Part shown: piece after piece, positions 28,185 through 37,929 of the stretch
Layout: each line of letters starts with the position of its first letter
Position numbering within the stretch: position 1 is the stretch's first letter
From: an uncultured bacterium
GTDB lineage: Bacteria; Desulfobacterota_D; UBA1144; Nemesobacterales; UBA2774
Direction: 5' to 3'
Length of the DNA: 64,000 nt
NCBI GenBank assembly: GCA_963705505.1
Contig: CAVPJU010000003.1
Coordinates: 192,001-256,000 of the forward strand
Notes under the pieces: model-generated
What the model was told of the DNA's origin: nothing
The model's database searches: none
Seen by the model: the letters and a program-made list of their open reading frames with translations, nothing else
Made by a program: the position numbers and the translations under genes

Positions 28185-28937
28185 TCAACTGTAGACTTTA
28201 TGGGAGGTATAGAGGAGTGGAAGCACCTCACCCGATTTGCCGAGTATCGTCAGGTCGAAGAGCCCCGAGTTAGGCGTATATTCAAGATTTACCTCGATCA
28301 CTGTCTTACCCGCCTGCTTCGCGACAAGTCCCATGGAGGCTGCGGGTTCGACGATTCCTGAAGTGCCCACTATAAGCATGACCTCGCATTCTTCAATCGC
28401 CTTCAGGGAGATGTCTATGACCTGCATCGGAATTATCTCGCCGAACCACACCACGTTGGGCCTCCCGATCTCATTACAAAGACCGCATCTGGGCGGTATC
28501 TCTTCGAGAGGGACCTTGTGGTTAGGTTGCATGTCTCCGCATTTTGTGCACCTGACCTGCCATATATTTCCGTGCATCTCTATTATGTTCCTGCTGCCCG
28601 CCATCTGATGGAGCCCGTCTATGTTCTGAGTAATGAGCGTGAATTTTTTCTTCTGGCTTTCAAGCTCCGCAAGAGCGAAGTGTCCCGGGTTCGGCCTCGC
28701 GTCCTTTATGGCGTTTCTTCTCCAGTCATACCATTCCCAAACGAGCTTCGGGTTATCCCAGAACGCTTCGGGTGTTGCCAGGTCCTCGGACCTGAAGTTC
28801 CGCCAGAGCCCTTCTTTTCCCCTGAACGTCGGCACCCCGCTCTCGGCTGAAATACCCGCGCCCGTCAGCACGGTGAGCGAGGAACAGTTCTCTATAATGT
28901 CCTTCGCCGCATTTATCTTTTCGTACATCTCGTTCAT
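28185..28937 (-). CDS. cobB: NAD-dependent protein deacylase (class III sirtuin)
   Basis: GAGISAESGVPTFRG, WYDWRR, TQNIDGLH, HG, RPNVVWFGE, VGTSG. Confidence 0.93.
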   Translation of the reverse strand: MNEMYEKINAAKDIIENCSSLTVLTGAGISAESGVPTFRGKEGLWRNFRSEDLATPEAFWDNPKLVWEWYDWRRNAIKDARPNPGHFALAELESQKKKFTLITQNIDGLHQMAGSRNIIEMHGNIWQVRCTKCGDMQPNHKVPLEEIPPRCGLCNEIGRPNVVWFGEIIPMQVIDISLKAIEECEVMLIVGTSGIVEPAASMGLVAKQAGKTVIEVNLEYTPNSGLFDLTILGKSGEVLPLLYTSHKVYS

Positions 28938-29081
28938 CAGATAAGTGTACAGCACATAATCACAATGCTGTCTCTTTTTTTCATCCGGATGCTCCCGGAA
29001 ACCGCTCAGCTAATGTTAACGTTGTGTAAAAGTAATAATTCTATATTTTCAAAATCGATGCAATCATTTTTCGAGAGATTC

Positions 29082-30215
29082 TCAATAGGCGTGCCTCATC
29101 GGATAGAGAACTCGGGCCTCCGAATAGTGCTCGGGGTGGACAATCACCTTCTTCCCGTTTTGCCATTGTACGACGACCATTTCATGCCCTGTCTGAGATC
29201 CCTTGCGGTCTACACTGAAGCGCCCGTAAAAGGTCTTGAACTCCGCATCCTTAGCTCGCTCCCTTAACGCTGTGTCATCGAGGGTCCCAGTCTCTTCGAT
29301 GCATTTGTGTACGATCAATCCGATATTGTAACCCTGGGCAGCTACGTAATCGGGCTCGACTCCGTATGCCGATTTAAATCTCGCAAGAAACTCCGGAGGC
29401 TTCGGCCCGAAGTCGGGCGTTATCTTTATTCCGCACTCCCATTGACTGCCGGAGATAAAACCTTCAGCGCTCTGCCGGAACGTATCCTTAAAAAGCTTTA
29501 TAGAGGCTACGACGAGGGCTATCGCTTTCGCTCTGACCCTCCTTTCCATAATTTGCCGTGCGAGGGCGAGATCGTCATGGGCGCGCCCCATGCCCAGAAT
29601 CAGATCGGGGGAAAAATCCGCAGCTTCCTCTAAAAGTCGAGAAAAGTCTTCGTTCCCGGTTGCGAATTTAAATTCCCTTACCAAAAACCCGCTCTCCTCC
29701 CCGTAAAGCCTCGCGCCGCGGGCGACATTCCTCGAAAAACCGCTGTTCTCGGCGCTGAATGCCGCGATCTTTCCCGCATCAGGATCCTGTGCCCTGAGTA
29801 GTTTTATTATGCCCTCGGCATATCTGCTCGCGGGCGTAATTGCGCTCACGAGACAGGTAAACCCCTTTTCCTCAATCTCGTCCGTAGACCCCCCGTGGTT
29901 CCAGAGTGTTACGCCGCGCTCCTCCGCTACCTCTGCCGAAGCAAGCGAAAGTGAGCTCGAATAGGGGCCGAGAAGTATATCGACTTTTTCCCCGGAAATT
30001 AGCCTCTCTGTGTTAGCCCGGCAAATGTCAGGAGAGCTTGCGTCGTCGAAGTAAATAAGCTCGACGGGAATTTTCTTCCCGCATTCACGTACGAATATAC
30101 CGCCTTCTTTATTTACATCCGCGACCCAGAGGCTCACACCCTGGAGACTCTCTTTGCCCTGGACCGAATAGATTCCCGTAAGCGAAACGGATAAGCCGAT
30201 TTTTATTTTTCCCAT
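29082..30215 (-). CDS. LivJ/LivK-like ligand-binding protein (ABC substrate-binding fold)
   Basis: IKIGLSVSLTG, VNKEGGI, DDASSP, LGPYSS, TFYGRF, VVQWQNGK. Confidence 0.85.
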   Translation of the reverse strand: MGKIKIGLSVSLTGIYSVQGKESLQGVSLWVADVNKEGGIFVRECGKKIPVELIYFDDASSPDICRANTERLISGEKVDILLGPYSSSLSLASAEVAEERGVTLWNHGGSTDEIEEKGFTCLVSAITPASRYAEGIIKLLRAQDPDAGKIAAFSAENSGFSRNVARGARLYGEESGFLVREFKFATGNEDFSRLLEEAADFSPDLILGMGRAHDDLALARQIMERRVRAKAIALVVASIKLFKDTFRQSAEGFISGSQWECGIKITPDFGPKPPEFLARFKSAYGVEPDYVAAQGYNIGLIVHKCIEETGTLDDTALRERAKDAEFKTFYGRFSVDRKGSQTGHEMVVVQWQNGKKVIVHPEHYSEARVLYPMRHAY

Positions 30216-30329
30216 GATAAGCCGCTGCTTTTGAAGAGCCCTCGAACGGAGCGGCTCCGCTGCATATATAATATGCTTTTTTTACAGCCGAATATACCGG
30301 AAAAATTCGGGAGGGGCGAGACAGTTCCG

Positions 30330-31523
30330 TCAGCTCAGTTTCTTGACCGCTTCCTCTATCCTGTCCATTCCCTTGACTATATTTTCCATAGATGTGGCGA
30401 AAGAAATCCTTACGTGGTCGTCCGACCCGAAGGAATCCCCCGGAACGACCGCGACCTTCGCTTCATCGAGCAGGAATTCGGTAAAACTCATCGAGCTTTT
30501 GATCTCTTTGCCGTTATACCGTTTACCGAAGAAGGACGAAATGTTGGGGAACGCATAGAAAGCGCCTTGCGGGCTGAAGCATTTTATACCGGGGATCGAA
30601 TTCAGCCTTTCGACGATATAATTCTTCCGCCTTTCGAACTCCCGCGTCCTCTCTTCAATTATTTCGTGAGGGCCCCTGTACGCCTCGAGTGCCGCCCATT
30701 GCGAAATAGAGGTAGGGTTCGATGTGGATTGTCCCTGGAGCTTACCCATGGCGTTTATCACTTCCTTATCCCCGGCTGCGTAGCCGATTCTCCAGCCTGT
30801 CATCGCATACGTCTTTGAGACGCCGTTTACGAGTATGGTCGATTTCTTTATGTCCTCGCCGAGAGTAGCCACAGGCGTGTGCTTGATACCGTCGTATATA
30901 ATCTTGTCGTATATCTCGTCGGAGATGATTATGAGCCCCGCGTCCATCGCCACGTCCACTATCCGCCTGAGCTCTTCTTCGTTATAGGTGGCTCCCGTCG
31001 GGTTTGAAGGGTAATTGAGAATGAGCGCCCTCGTCCTCGGAGTGATGAGCTTTCTCAGCTCATACGGGTCTATCTTGAAACCCTCATCCTCCCTCGTATT
31101 GAGAATAACAGGGGTCGCTCCGGCGAGCGTTATCTGCTCGGGATAGGACACCCAGTAGGGAGCCGGTATTATCACCTCGTCTCCTTCTTCGAAGAGAGCC
31201 TGGGTCAGGTTGTAAAGAGTATGTTTCGCGCCGTTCGATACTATGATCTCGGACTTCTGATATTCGAGCCCGTAGTCCTGCTTCATTCTATTGATTATGG
31301 CCTCTTTGAGCTCATCCATTCCGCCAACCGCAGTATATTTTGTAAACCCGGCCTTGATCGCCTTTATGGCTTCTTCCTTTATATTGTCCGGACTGTCGAA
31401 ATCAGGTTCTCCCGCTCCGAACCCTATTACGTCCACGCCTTGAGATTTGAGGGCCTTCTCCTTTGCTGTAATAGCGAGAGTCGCCGAAGGCTGCAGCTTT
31501 TTCGCGCGAGCAGAGAGTTTCAT
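30330..31523 (-). CDS. aspC: Aspartate aminotransferase, class I/II
   Basis: GAGEPDF, PYWVSY, NYPSNPTG, DEIY, SKTYAMTGWRIG. Confidence 0.93.
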   Translation of the reverse strand: MKLSARAKKLQPSATLAITAKEKALKSQGVDVIGFGAGEPDFDSPDNIKEEAIKAIKAGFTKYTAVGGMDELKEAIINRMKQDYGLEYQKSEIIVSNGAKHTLYNLTQALFEEGDEVIIPAPYWVSYPEQITLAGATPVILNTREDEGFKIDPYELRKLITPRTRALILNYPSNPTGATYNEEELRRIVDVAMDAGLIIISDEIYDKIIYDGIKHTPVATLGEDIKKSTILVNGVSKTYAMTGWRIGYAAGDKEVINAMGKLQGQSTSNPTSISQWAALEAYRGPHEIIEERTREFERRKNYIVERLNSIPGIKCFSPQGAFYAFPNISSFFGKRYNGKEIKSSMSFTEFLLDEAKVAVVPGDSFGSDDHVRISFATSMENIVKGMDRIEEAVKKLS

Positions 31524-31528
31524 TTAAT

Positions 31529-32026
31529 CTACTTCCTCCTACCTTTTTTTGAAAGTTTGTCCTTTAGCTTCATTTCAACGATTTGGGGAACCATGTGAGT
31601 GGCCGACCCGCCCAGGGATACCACTTCCCGTATCACGGACGAACTGATATGCGAAAACTCGCTGTCGGTGACCATAAACACCGTCTCGAGCTCCGGGCTG
31701 AGCGTCTTATTCGCGAGAGCCATCTGAAGCTCGTACTCGAAATCGGAGACGGTCCTCATTCCCCTCAACACAATATTCGTACCCATTTTCTTCGCATAAT
31801 CCACAAGGAGTCCCTCGAAATAATCCACCCTCACGTCTTTACGTCCGCGGAATATTTTATTCAATAACCGGACTCTCTCATCCAGTGTAAATATCGTTTT
31901 CTTTGAAGTATTATGCGCGACCGCCACGACGACCTGACCGAACACCCTGACACCGCGCTCGATTATGTTCTGATGGCCTTTCGTAAAAGGATCGAATGAA
32001 CCCGGGTATATGGCTACTTTACACAT
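31529..32026 (-). CDS. coaD: Phosphopantetheine adenylyltransferase
   Basis: YPGSFDPFTKGH, RGMR..SDFEYE, ISSS. Confidence 0.96.
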   Translation of the reverse strand: MCKVAIYPGSFDPFTKGHQNIIERGVRVFGQVVVAVAHNTSKKTIFTLDERVRLLNKIFRGRKDVRVDYFEGLLVDYAKKMGTNIVLRGMRTVSDFEYELQMALANKTLSPELETVFMVTDSEFSHISSSVIREVVSLGGSATHMVPQIVEMKLKDKLSKKGRRK

Positions 32027-32574
32027 TCATCGCTCCTTCTGAAAAAACTGAGATGGGTCCCGCCGAATGGCTTCGTAAACCTTTTAAAGCCGGGCGGAGT
32101 TTCGTCTATCTTGTGGTCATGCTCTATTACCATCAGTCCCTCGCTGCTCAGAACAGGGGCCGCACTGTTTATGAAATCCGCGACCTCAAGAACCTCGTAG
32201 AGCTTGTAAGGCGGGTCGATAAAAATTATGTCGAAAGATTCATTGTCCCTAATCAGGTTTTTCAGCGCATGTTCGTAACCGGCACATATCAGAGTCGCCC
32301 GGTCCGCAAATCCGCAGGCGCTTACATTCTGACAGAGGATCTTAAACGCGGAAGGGTCTTTCTCGATAAATGTCACATGAGACGCTCCGCAGCTCAAGGA
32401 CTCTATGCCGAGCCCTCCCGAGCCCGCAAATATATCGAGCACCTTCCGGCCGGAAATGTCCCCCAGCCTGTCGAATATCGATTTCTTGACCCTGCTCGTC
32501 GTGGGGCGGACCTTTTGTCCCTTCGGGACCTTGAGCTTCCTCCCCTTGTGAGAGCCTGTAAGCACATGCAACAT
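32014..32574 (-). CDS. rsmD: 16S rRNA m2G966 methyltransferase
   Basis: KGRKL, RPTT, LDIFAGSGGLGIE, DPPY; classic rsmD-coaD pairing. Confidence 0.92.
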   Translation of the reverse strand: MLHVLTGSHKGRKLKVPKGQKVRPTTSRVKKSIFDRLGDISGRKVLDIFAGSGGLGIESLSCGASHVTFIEKDPSAFKILCQNVSACGFADRATLICAGYEHALKNLIRDNESFDIIFIDPPYKLYEVLEVADFINSAAPVLSSEGLMVIEHDHKIDETPPGFKRFTKPFGGTHLSFFRRSDECVK

Positions 32575-32834
32575 AAGGGTTGATATAGTACCATAGCGGC
32601 CTTTTTTGGCAAAGAATCAGTCACTTGAACAACCTGATCCATATATGTCTTTAACATATAGCTTATTTTAACCAAGATCGGCTCAATCGATTGATAACTG
32701 CGGAGACCAGTTTCGAAACGATATCGCCGATTGGATAATCGTACCTGCAAACTGAAAATATCGCTTTGTTCCGGGATATTATAAGATAAAATTGTAATCG
32801 CCGGTCGTTATTCAGCATCCGGGGAGGATAATCT

Positions 32835-33236
32835 ATGAACCGTTTCGATGGTAAGTTTAAGATCTCCATATTGATTTTAATTCTGATGACCTTCACCCCG
32901 GTCTCGCTTATCTCGGCAAGCGTCAAAGCGGCCACTGCCGATTCACAGATGATAGCGCCCGGGAAGAATGCGTCCACGTTGAGGGAAATAGACGAGCTCA
33001 AGGTCAGGAGGGCGCTTGAAAACAAGATCGTAGCCGGGCAGCTCATGAGTCACGGCTTAACGAAAGAAGAGGTCTCCGCAAAGCTGAATCAAATGAGCGA
33101 CGAGCAGGTCCACCAGATGGCGTCCCTTGCAGACAGAATTCCGGCTGGCGGCGACGCCGTCCTCGGAGTTGTGATAGCAGTACTTGTAATCTTTGCACTG
33201 GTGCTTCTGATAATATTCCTTTACAAGAGGGTATAA
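32835..33236 (+). CDS. PA2779-family exported membrane protein
   Basis: Signal peptide, L..HGL...E...L..MSDEQVHQMA, PAGGD followed by C-terminal TM helix; GGAGG SD. Confidence 0.75.
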   Translation: MNRFDGKFKISILILILMTFTPVSLISASVKAATADSQMIAPGKNASTLREIDELKVRRALENKIVAGQLMSHGLTKEEVSAKLNQMSDEQVHQMASLADRIPAGGDAVLGVVIAVLVIFALVLLIIFLYKRV

Positions 33237-33270
33237 ATGAACGGAAGCGGGAATTATAAATAAATTCCGA

Positions 33271-33825
33271 ATGTCCAAAATATCAGCTTTCGTAATCATT
33301 CCGCTCATAATCCTGATCTCCAACGCGGGCTGTGCTCAGAAGAGCGCCGGCGCCGGGAAAATACCGGAGGTGCAAAACGGCAAGGTCATAGATGGGGTGC
33401 CTTTCGTTAAGCAGAAGGATAATTTTTGCGGACCTGCCGCAATGGCATCGGTGCTCGAATATTACGGCGACGACATTTCCCAGGAAGAGATAGCCGGGAA
33501 GGTCTATACTCCAAAGCTCGAAGGGGCGCTTATATCGGACATGGAGAACTTCGCCAGGGATAACGGCTATCGAGCCGAGACAATTAACGGGAATATAGAC
33601 GCACTCGAAGAAGAGATAAATGAGGGGATTCCGGTCATTCTCCTGGTCGACAAGGGGAAGTGGAAAGTCAGCGTTCCGCACTATTATGTTGTTTACGGTT
33701 ATGACAAGGACAAAGAGGTTTTCATACTCCACACGGGAGACGAAAGCGGCCAGGAGGTCAAGTTCGACAAGCTCGACAGCGAATGGGAAAAAATGAACCG
33801 CCTGATGCTCATAGTGAGAAAGTGA
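33271..33825 (+). CDS. C39-family cysteine peptidase, probable lipoprotein
   Basis: VPFVKQ...CGPAAMASV (Q, C), HYYVVYGYD (H); lipobox-like NAGC. Confidence 0.85.
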   Translation: MSKISAFVIIPLIILISNAGCAQKSAGAGKIPEVQNGKVIDGVPFVKQKDNFCGPAAMASVLEYYGDDISQEEIAGKVYTPKLEGALISDMENFARDNGYRAETINGNIDALEEEINEGIPVILLVDKGKWKVSVPHYYVVYGYDKDKEVFILHTGDESGQEVKFDKLDSEWEKMNRLMLIVRK

Positions 33826-34409
33826 AAAATTCGCCGATTATATTTTCCGTATTATTAATTGCCTCCTCTCTCATATTCTCCGGATGCGCAGCCATTTACG
33901 GCTCATATTTCACAGATGACCCCCTCACCGCGGAAGAGCACAATAACCTGGGCGTAATTTACGAAAGGGAGGGTAAATATGACCTCGCCCTCAGGGAGTA
34001 TAAAAGGGCTATTTCCCTGGACGGAAAGCTCATAGTCCCTCTCGTCAATGTAGGGAACGTTTACGTAAAGGAGGGAGAGTATGATGAAGCGGAGAAGTAT
34101 TACAAGAAAGCCCTCGGGAAGGACAAGCATAATACGGAAGCTGCAAATAACCTCGCGTCCGTCTACATCAAGACCGGGGGGGATTATGAAGAAGGGATAG
34201 AAACCCTCCTCGCTGCGACGGAATCCCAAAAACCTGTCCCCGCATACGCGCTCGACACGCTGGGTGTTTTGTACTTCAAGACCGGAAACCGCGAGAAGGC
34301 GGGAGAGCTATTGAACGAAGCTTGCACGAGCGCCTCCGGTGATGATAAATTAAAGAGCGAAATAAGCGCACACCTCAGAGAGATCGGAGATAGTAAGGGA
34401 TGTAAATAA
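33822..34409 (+). CDS. TPR-repeat lipoprotein
   Basis: GTGA overlap with C39 gene; FSGC lipobox; HNNLGVIY, NVGNVY, NNLA, DTLG TPR motifs. Confidence 0.85.
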   Translation: MKNSPIIFSVLLIASSLIFSGCAAIYGSYFTDDPLTAEEHNNLGVIYEREGKYDLALREYKRAISLDGKLIVPLVNVGNVYVKEGEYDEAEKYYKKALGKDKHNTEAANNLASVYIKTGGDYEEGIETLLAATESQKPVPAYALDTLGVLYFKTGNREKAGELLNEACTSASGDDKLKSEISAHLREIGDSKGCK

Positions 34410-34444
34410 TGTGTGCGGTCTCCACAGCAAGAATCGGAGACAAT

Positions 34445-35374
34445 CTAACCAAGAACAGTACCCGGTTCGATCTTCCTTCCCGCAAGAAATGCCCTCGAGT
34501 CGAGCCTCCTGCCTCCTTCAAGCTGAAGCTCGAGGATATCGAGCGCGCGCTCGCCGGTCACAATGCGCAAAACACCTTGCCCGGCAATGACCGCCTCTCC
34601 GGGCTTCCCCTCCCCCACCCCTTCAGAAACGGCTGCCCTGTATATCTTGAGCAGCTTCCCGTGAAGGTATGTGTATGCGCCGGGCCAGGGGAGCATGCCC
34701 CTGATAAGATTCCTTATCTCCTCAGCCGGTCTCGTCCAGTCTATCCTGCCGTCCTCTTTTTTCAGCATAGGCGCGTAGGTCGCAAGCGAATCATCCTGTT
34801 TCACCGGACGGAGAGTTCCTTTCTTCAGCTCGGCGATCGCTTCTATAAGAAGCCGGGCCCCTATGACAGAGAGCTTTCCGGACAACGTCTGCCCCGTGTC
34901 GCCGGGATCGATCGGGACTTCTCGTTTCAGCAGCATGTCCCCCGTGTCCATACCCTCATCCATTTGCATAACAGTAATGCCCGTCACCTCTTCGCCGCGC
35001 GCTATGGCCCAATTTATAGGCGCCGCTCCGCGGTATTTCGGAAGCAGGGACGCATGGACATTAATGCAGCCGAATGGCGGAAGGTCGAGTATCGTTTTCG
35101 GAAGGATTTTTCCGTAAGCCGCCACACAAATCAGGTCGGGGTTTATATTCCCGAGCTCATTTAAGAACTCTCCGGTCCTGATTTTAGAAGGCTGAAGTAC
35201 GAGGATACCGTGCTCTTCCGCGATTATCTTCGTCGGTGGCGCTGAGGCTTTGAGCCCCCTCCCCTTCGGTTTATCAGGCTGCGCAACGAGAGCCGCGACC
35301 TGGTCTTCGGACTCTATCAGTGCTATTAGCGACGGTACAGCGAATTCGGGGGTCCCCATGAAGACGATTCTCAT
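34445..35374 (-). CDS. fmt: Methionyl-tRNA formyltransferase
   Basis: FMGTPEFA, QPDKP.GRG, NVHASLLPKYRGAAPI, MDEGMDTG. Confidence 0.97.
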   Translation of the reverse strand: MRIVFMGTPEFAVPSLIALIESEDQVAALVAQPDKPKGRGLKASAPPTKIIAEEHGILVLQPSKIRTGEFLNELGNINPDLICVAAYGKILPKTILDLPPFGCINVHASLLPKYRGAAPINWAIARGEEVTGITVMQMDEGMDTGDMLLKREVPIDPGDTGQTLSGKLSVIGARLLIEAIAELKKGTLRPVKQDDSLATYAPMLKKEDGRIDWTRPAEEIRNLIRGMLPWPGAYTYLHGKLLKIYRAAVSEGVGEGKPGEAVIAGQGVLRIVTGERALDILELQLEGGRRLDSRAFLAGRKIEPGTVLG

Positions 35375-35518
35375 ATCTCTGGATTATATTCAGAAGCCTC
35401 CCGCTATTCAAACCGTGCCGGATAGATTTAATCAGGAGAAGTCAGTCGGGACGATTCGAATTGAAATTCGGATGATTGAGAAACAAATTACGGTTGGATT
35501 CCAAGAAGGAAGGGAAGC

Positions 35519-36847
35519 TTACTGGCCGTTCTCATCGGGTTTCTCCGAGACAGCCCTGCTAAATTCATCAGTAATCCATTTTTTTATCTGCTCCTGAGAG
35601 CCCTTGCCTATTATATTCCTGACCTTCTTTAAAGATATAACCGCCTTGGCAGCCGATCTGTGTCCGCCAGCGCTGCCGATATCCTTAAACAATTCCCTCA
35701 CGAGCCTGCCCGCGCTTTTTACATACCCCACGTTCCTTACCGAGATGATAAGGTGCGAATTCGCCAGTATGCCGAATGCTACGGACCACTCGATACCCTT
35801 TACCTGAATGCCGAAATCGGCCATTTTCGGTATCAGGTATTCCCTGTCCACCCTCCCGACATTGACGAAGAATATCTGACCCTCGATCCAGTGGTCCGCG
35901 AGTGCCTGCCCGAAGGACTTGATTTCCGAAGGCGGCACTTCGGCGCGCTCTATGCGTCTCAATAACCCGAGGTTCGCGAGGGGATAGAGGAAAGTAAAAG
36001 CTTCGACGTCATCAGAATCTGCGTCCCTGTTGAGCGTGACGGTATCCGTTTTGATCCCGTAGAGGAGCGCTGTAGCAAGCCTCTCCGATATATCCGTCTG
36101 CGACGCTCTCAGATACTTGGTAAGGATCGTGGAAGTCGCTCCCTCCTCGGCCCTTATTTCCTTGAACCTCGCATCGTAGGAACCGACGAGGGGGTGGTGA
36201 TCGATCACGGTGTCCACAGGCGGAAGCTCGGGGCCGAAAAACGGGGGCTGCACATCGAGCAGCGCTATGGAGTCGAACTCCTTGAGATCTTTTAAATGGA
36301 GCTCCTGCAAATCGATTTCGAGAAGCTCTATCATCGCGACGTTTTCCGGACGCGAAATCTTGTCTCCGAGATGTCCTATAGTAGCAGTCTGTTTATTCCT
36401 TTTCAGAAGGACCCTCAGAGCGAGCGCGCTCGCGATCGAATCGGGATCGGGGTGGTCATGGAGCAGGATCAGCATCTTCTTTGCGTTCGCATGTATCTTC
36501 CTCAGCTCATCGACCCTGAGATCGGCCCTGGCGAGCTTTTCCTCACGCGCTATCTCTTCGGACAGCAGCTTATGAAACGCGACGAACCTTACCGACGGCG
36601 GCGGCTCCTCTTTCTGCTCTCCGTTGCTTACGATCATCGGCGTCTGGGGATAATGCGCCGACAGCTCCTTCGTAATCTCCGGAGCAAAGCACCTGCTTTC
36701 AATCATGATTATGGAAAAGTTGCCTGTCTGGTTGAGTGCTTCCTCCAGAGAGCTGACCCAGATGACCTCACCCCTCTTCGAGAAAAGCCCGAGAAGAAAT
36801 GAATCGAAATCCCCGATAAATAAATATCTTCTCAGTTCCTTCTGCAT
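35519..36847 (-). CDS. DHH/DHHA1 phosphoesterase with N-terminal extension
   Basis: HDHPDPDSIAS, LLD, IDHH, GIKTDT, SAGGH..AA. Confidence 0.88.
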   Translation of the reverse strand: MQKELRRYLFIGDFDSFLLGLFSKRGEVIWVSSLEEALNQTGNFSIIMIESRCFAPEITKELSAHYPQTPMIVSNGEQKEEPPPSVRFVAFHKLLSEEIAREEKLARADLRVDELRKIHANAKKMLILLHDHPDPDSIASALALRVLLKRNKQTATIGHLGDKISRPENVAMIELLEIDLQELHLKDLKEFDSIALLDVQPPFFGPELPPVDTVIDHHPLVGSYDARFKEIRAEEGATSTILTKYLRASQTDISERLATALLYGIKTDTVTLNRDADSDDVEAFTFLYPLANLGLLRRIERAEVPPSEIKSFGQALADHWIEGQIFFVNVGRVDREYLIPKMADFGIQVKGIEWSVAFGILANSHLIISVRNVGYVKSAGRLVRELFKDIGSAGGHRSAAKAVISLKKVRNIIGKGSQEQIKKWITDEFSRAVSEKPDENGQ

Positions 36848-36849
36848 TA

Positions 36850-37680
36850 TTATTTAGCCCTGCTCAGTGATTTCTCACCTGAGCTTTCGCACGCCCTGCT
36901 TAAACCGCTCACGAATCCGGAGAGTTCGTCAAAGAGCTCTTTCTTCTTCCCCCCGTGTTTTTCGATTATACGTACTATCGCGCTCCCCACTATAACGGCG
37001 TCCGCATAACGGGCGATTTTGGCAACCTGTTCCGGCGAGGATATACCGAAGCCTACGCCCACAGGGAGCTTGGTCACACGTTTTATCTCGCCCGTAAGAT
37101 CGGCGAGTGAATAATCCATATCGGGCCTCACGCCGGTAATACCGGTCACGGAAACGAGGTACACGAAACCGCTTGCATTTTTCGCGACGAGGCTGATCCT
37201 TTCACCCGTACTCGTGGGAGCCAGCAGGAAGATGAAATCGAGTCCCGCCTTATCGGTATGGACTTTGAATTCGCCCGCTTCTTCGGGAGGCAGGTCTACC
37301 GCGAGGACCGCGTCAGCGCCGGCTTTTGCCGCGTCTTTGGCGAATCTTTCGAGGCCGTATTTGAAATAAGGATTAAAGTAGCCGAAAAGGATTATGGGTA
37401 TCTCGGATTTTTCCCTGATGCGTTTGACTATCTCGAGAACCTTTTTTAGCGTTGTCCCCTTGGCGAGCGCTCTTTCCGAGGCAAGCTGTATGGCCGGACC
37501 GTCGGCCATCGGGTCGGAAAACGGGACGCCCAGCTCGATTATGTCCGCTCCGCTTTCTTCAAGCTTAAGCACGAGCTCAGCGGTTAAATCCGGAGACGGG
37601 TCCCCGGCTGTAACGTAATTGACGAGAGCTGTCCTGTTCTTTTTTTTAAGCTCCCTGAACTTATCGGCTATTCTGCTCAT
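36850..37680 (-). CDS. trpA: Tryptophan synthase alpha chain
   Basis: TAGDP, ELGVPFSDPMADGP, DLPPEE, GFGIS, VGSA. Confidence 0.97.
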   Translation of the reverse strand: MSRIADKFRELKKKNRTALVNYVTAGDPSPDLTAELVLKLEESGADIIELGVPFSDPMADGPAIQLASERALAKGTTLKKVLEIVKRIREKSEIPIILFGYFNPYFKYGLERFAKDAAKAGADAVLAVDLPPEEAGEFKVHTDKAGLDFIFLLAPTSTGERISLVAKNASGFVYLVSVTGITGVRPDMDYSLADLTGEIKRVTKLPVGVGFGISSPEQVAKIARYADAVIVGSAIVRIIEKHGGKKKELFDELSGFVSGLSRACESSGEKSLSRAK

Positions 37681-37929
37681 ATGATTTTAGAATTGGATTT
37701 AAATGGATGAAATCAACCGACAGTCATTTGTTCCCAAACCACTGCTCTTATTGATGGTCATTTTAAAGGGATATTAAACTATTAAAAGCTAAAGAACCCG
37801 CCCCATAACTTGATTACACCGGACAATCTAACACCTCCGGGACTAAAGTCAAGATTGAGACCAGGCGGCACGCAGGGAATGAGGCAAAGGGATTTCCGTC
37901 GCCCGCAATGATAAAACTTGCAATAAACT

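Noticed and set aside
37681..37929. Unusual ~250-nt gap between trpB and trpA
   Set aside because: No ORF, repeat, T-box or attenuator pattern recognisable by eye.
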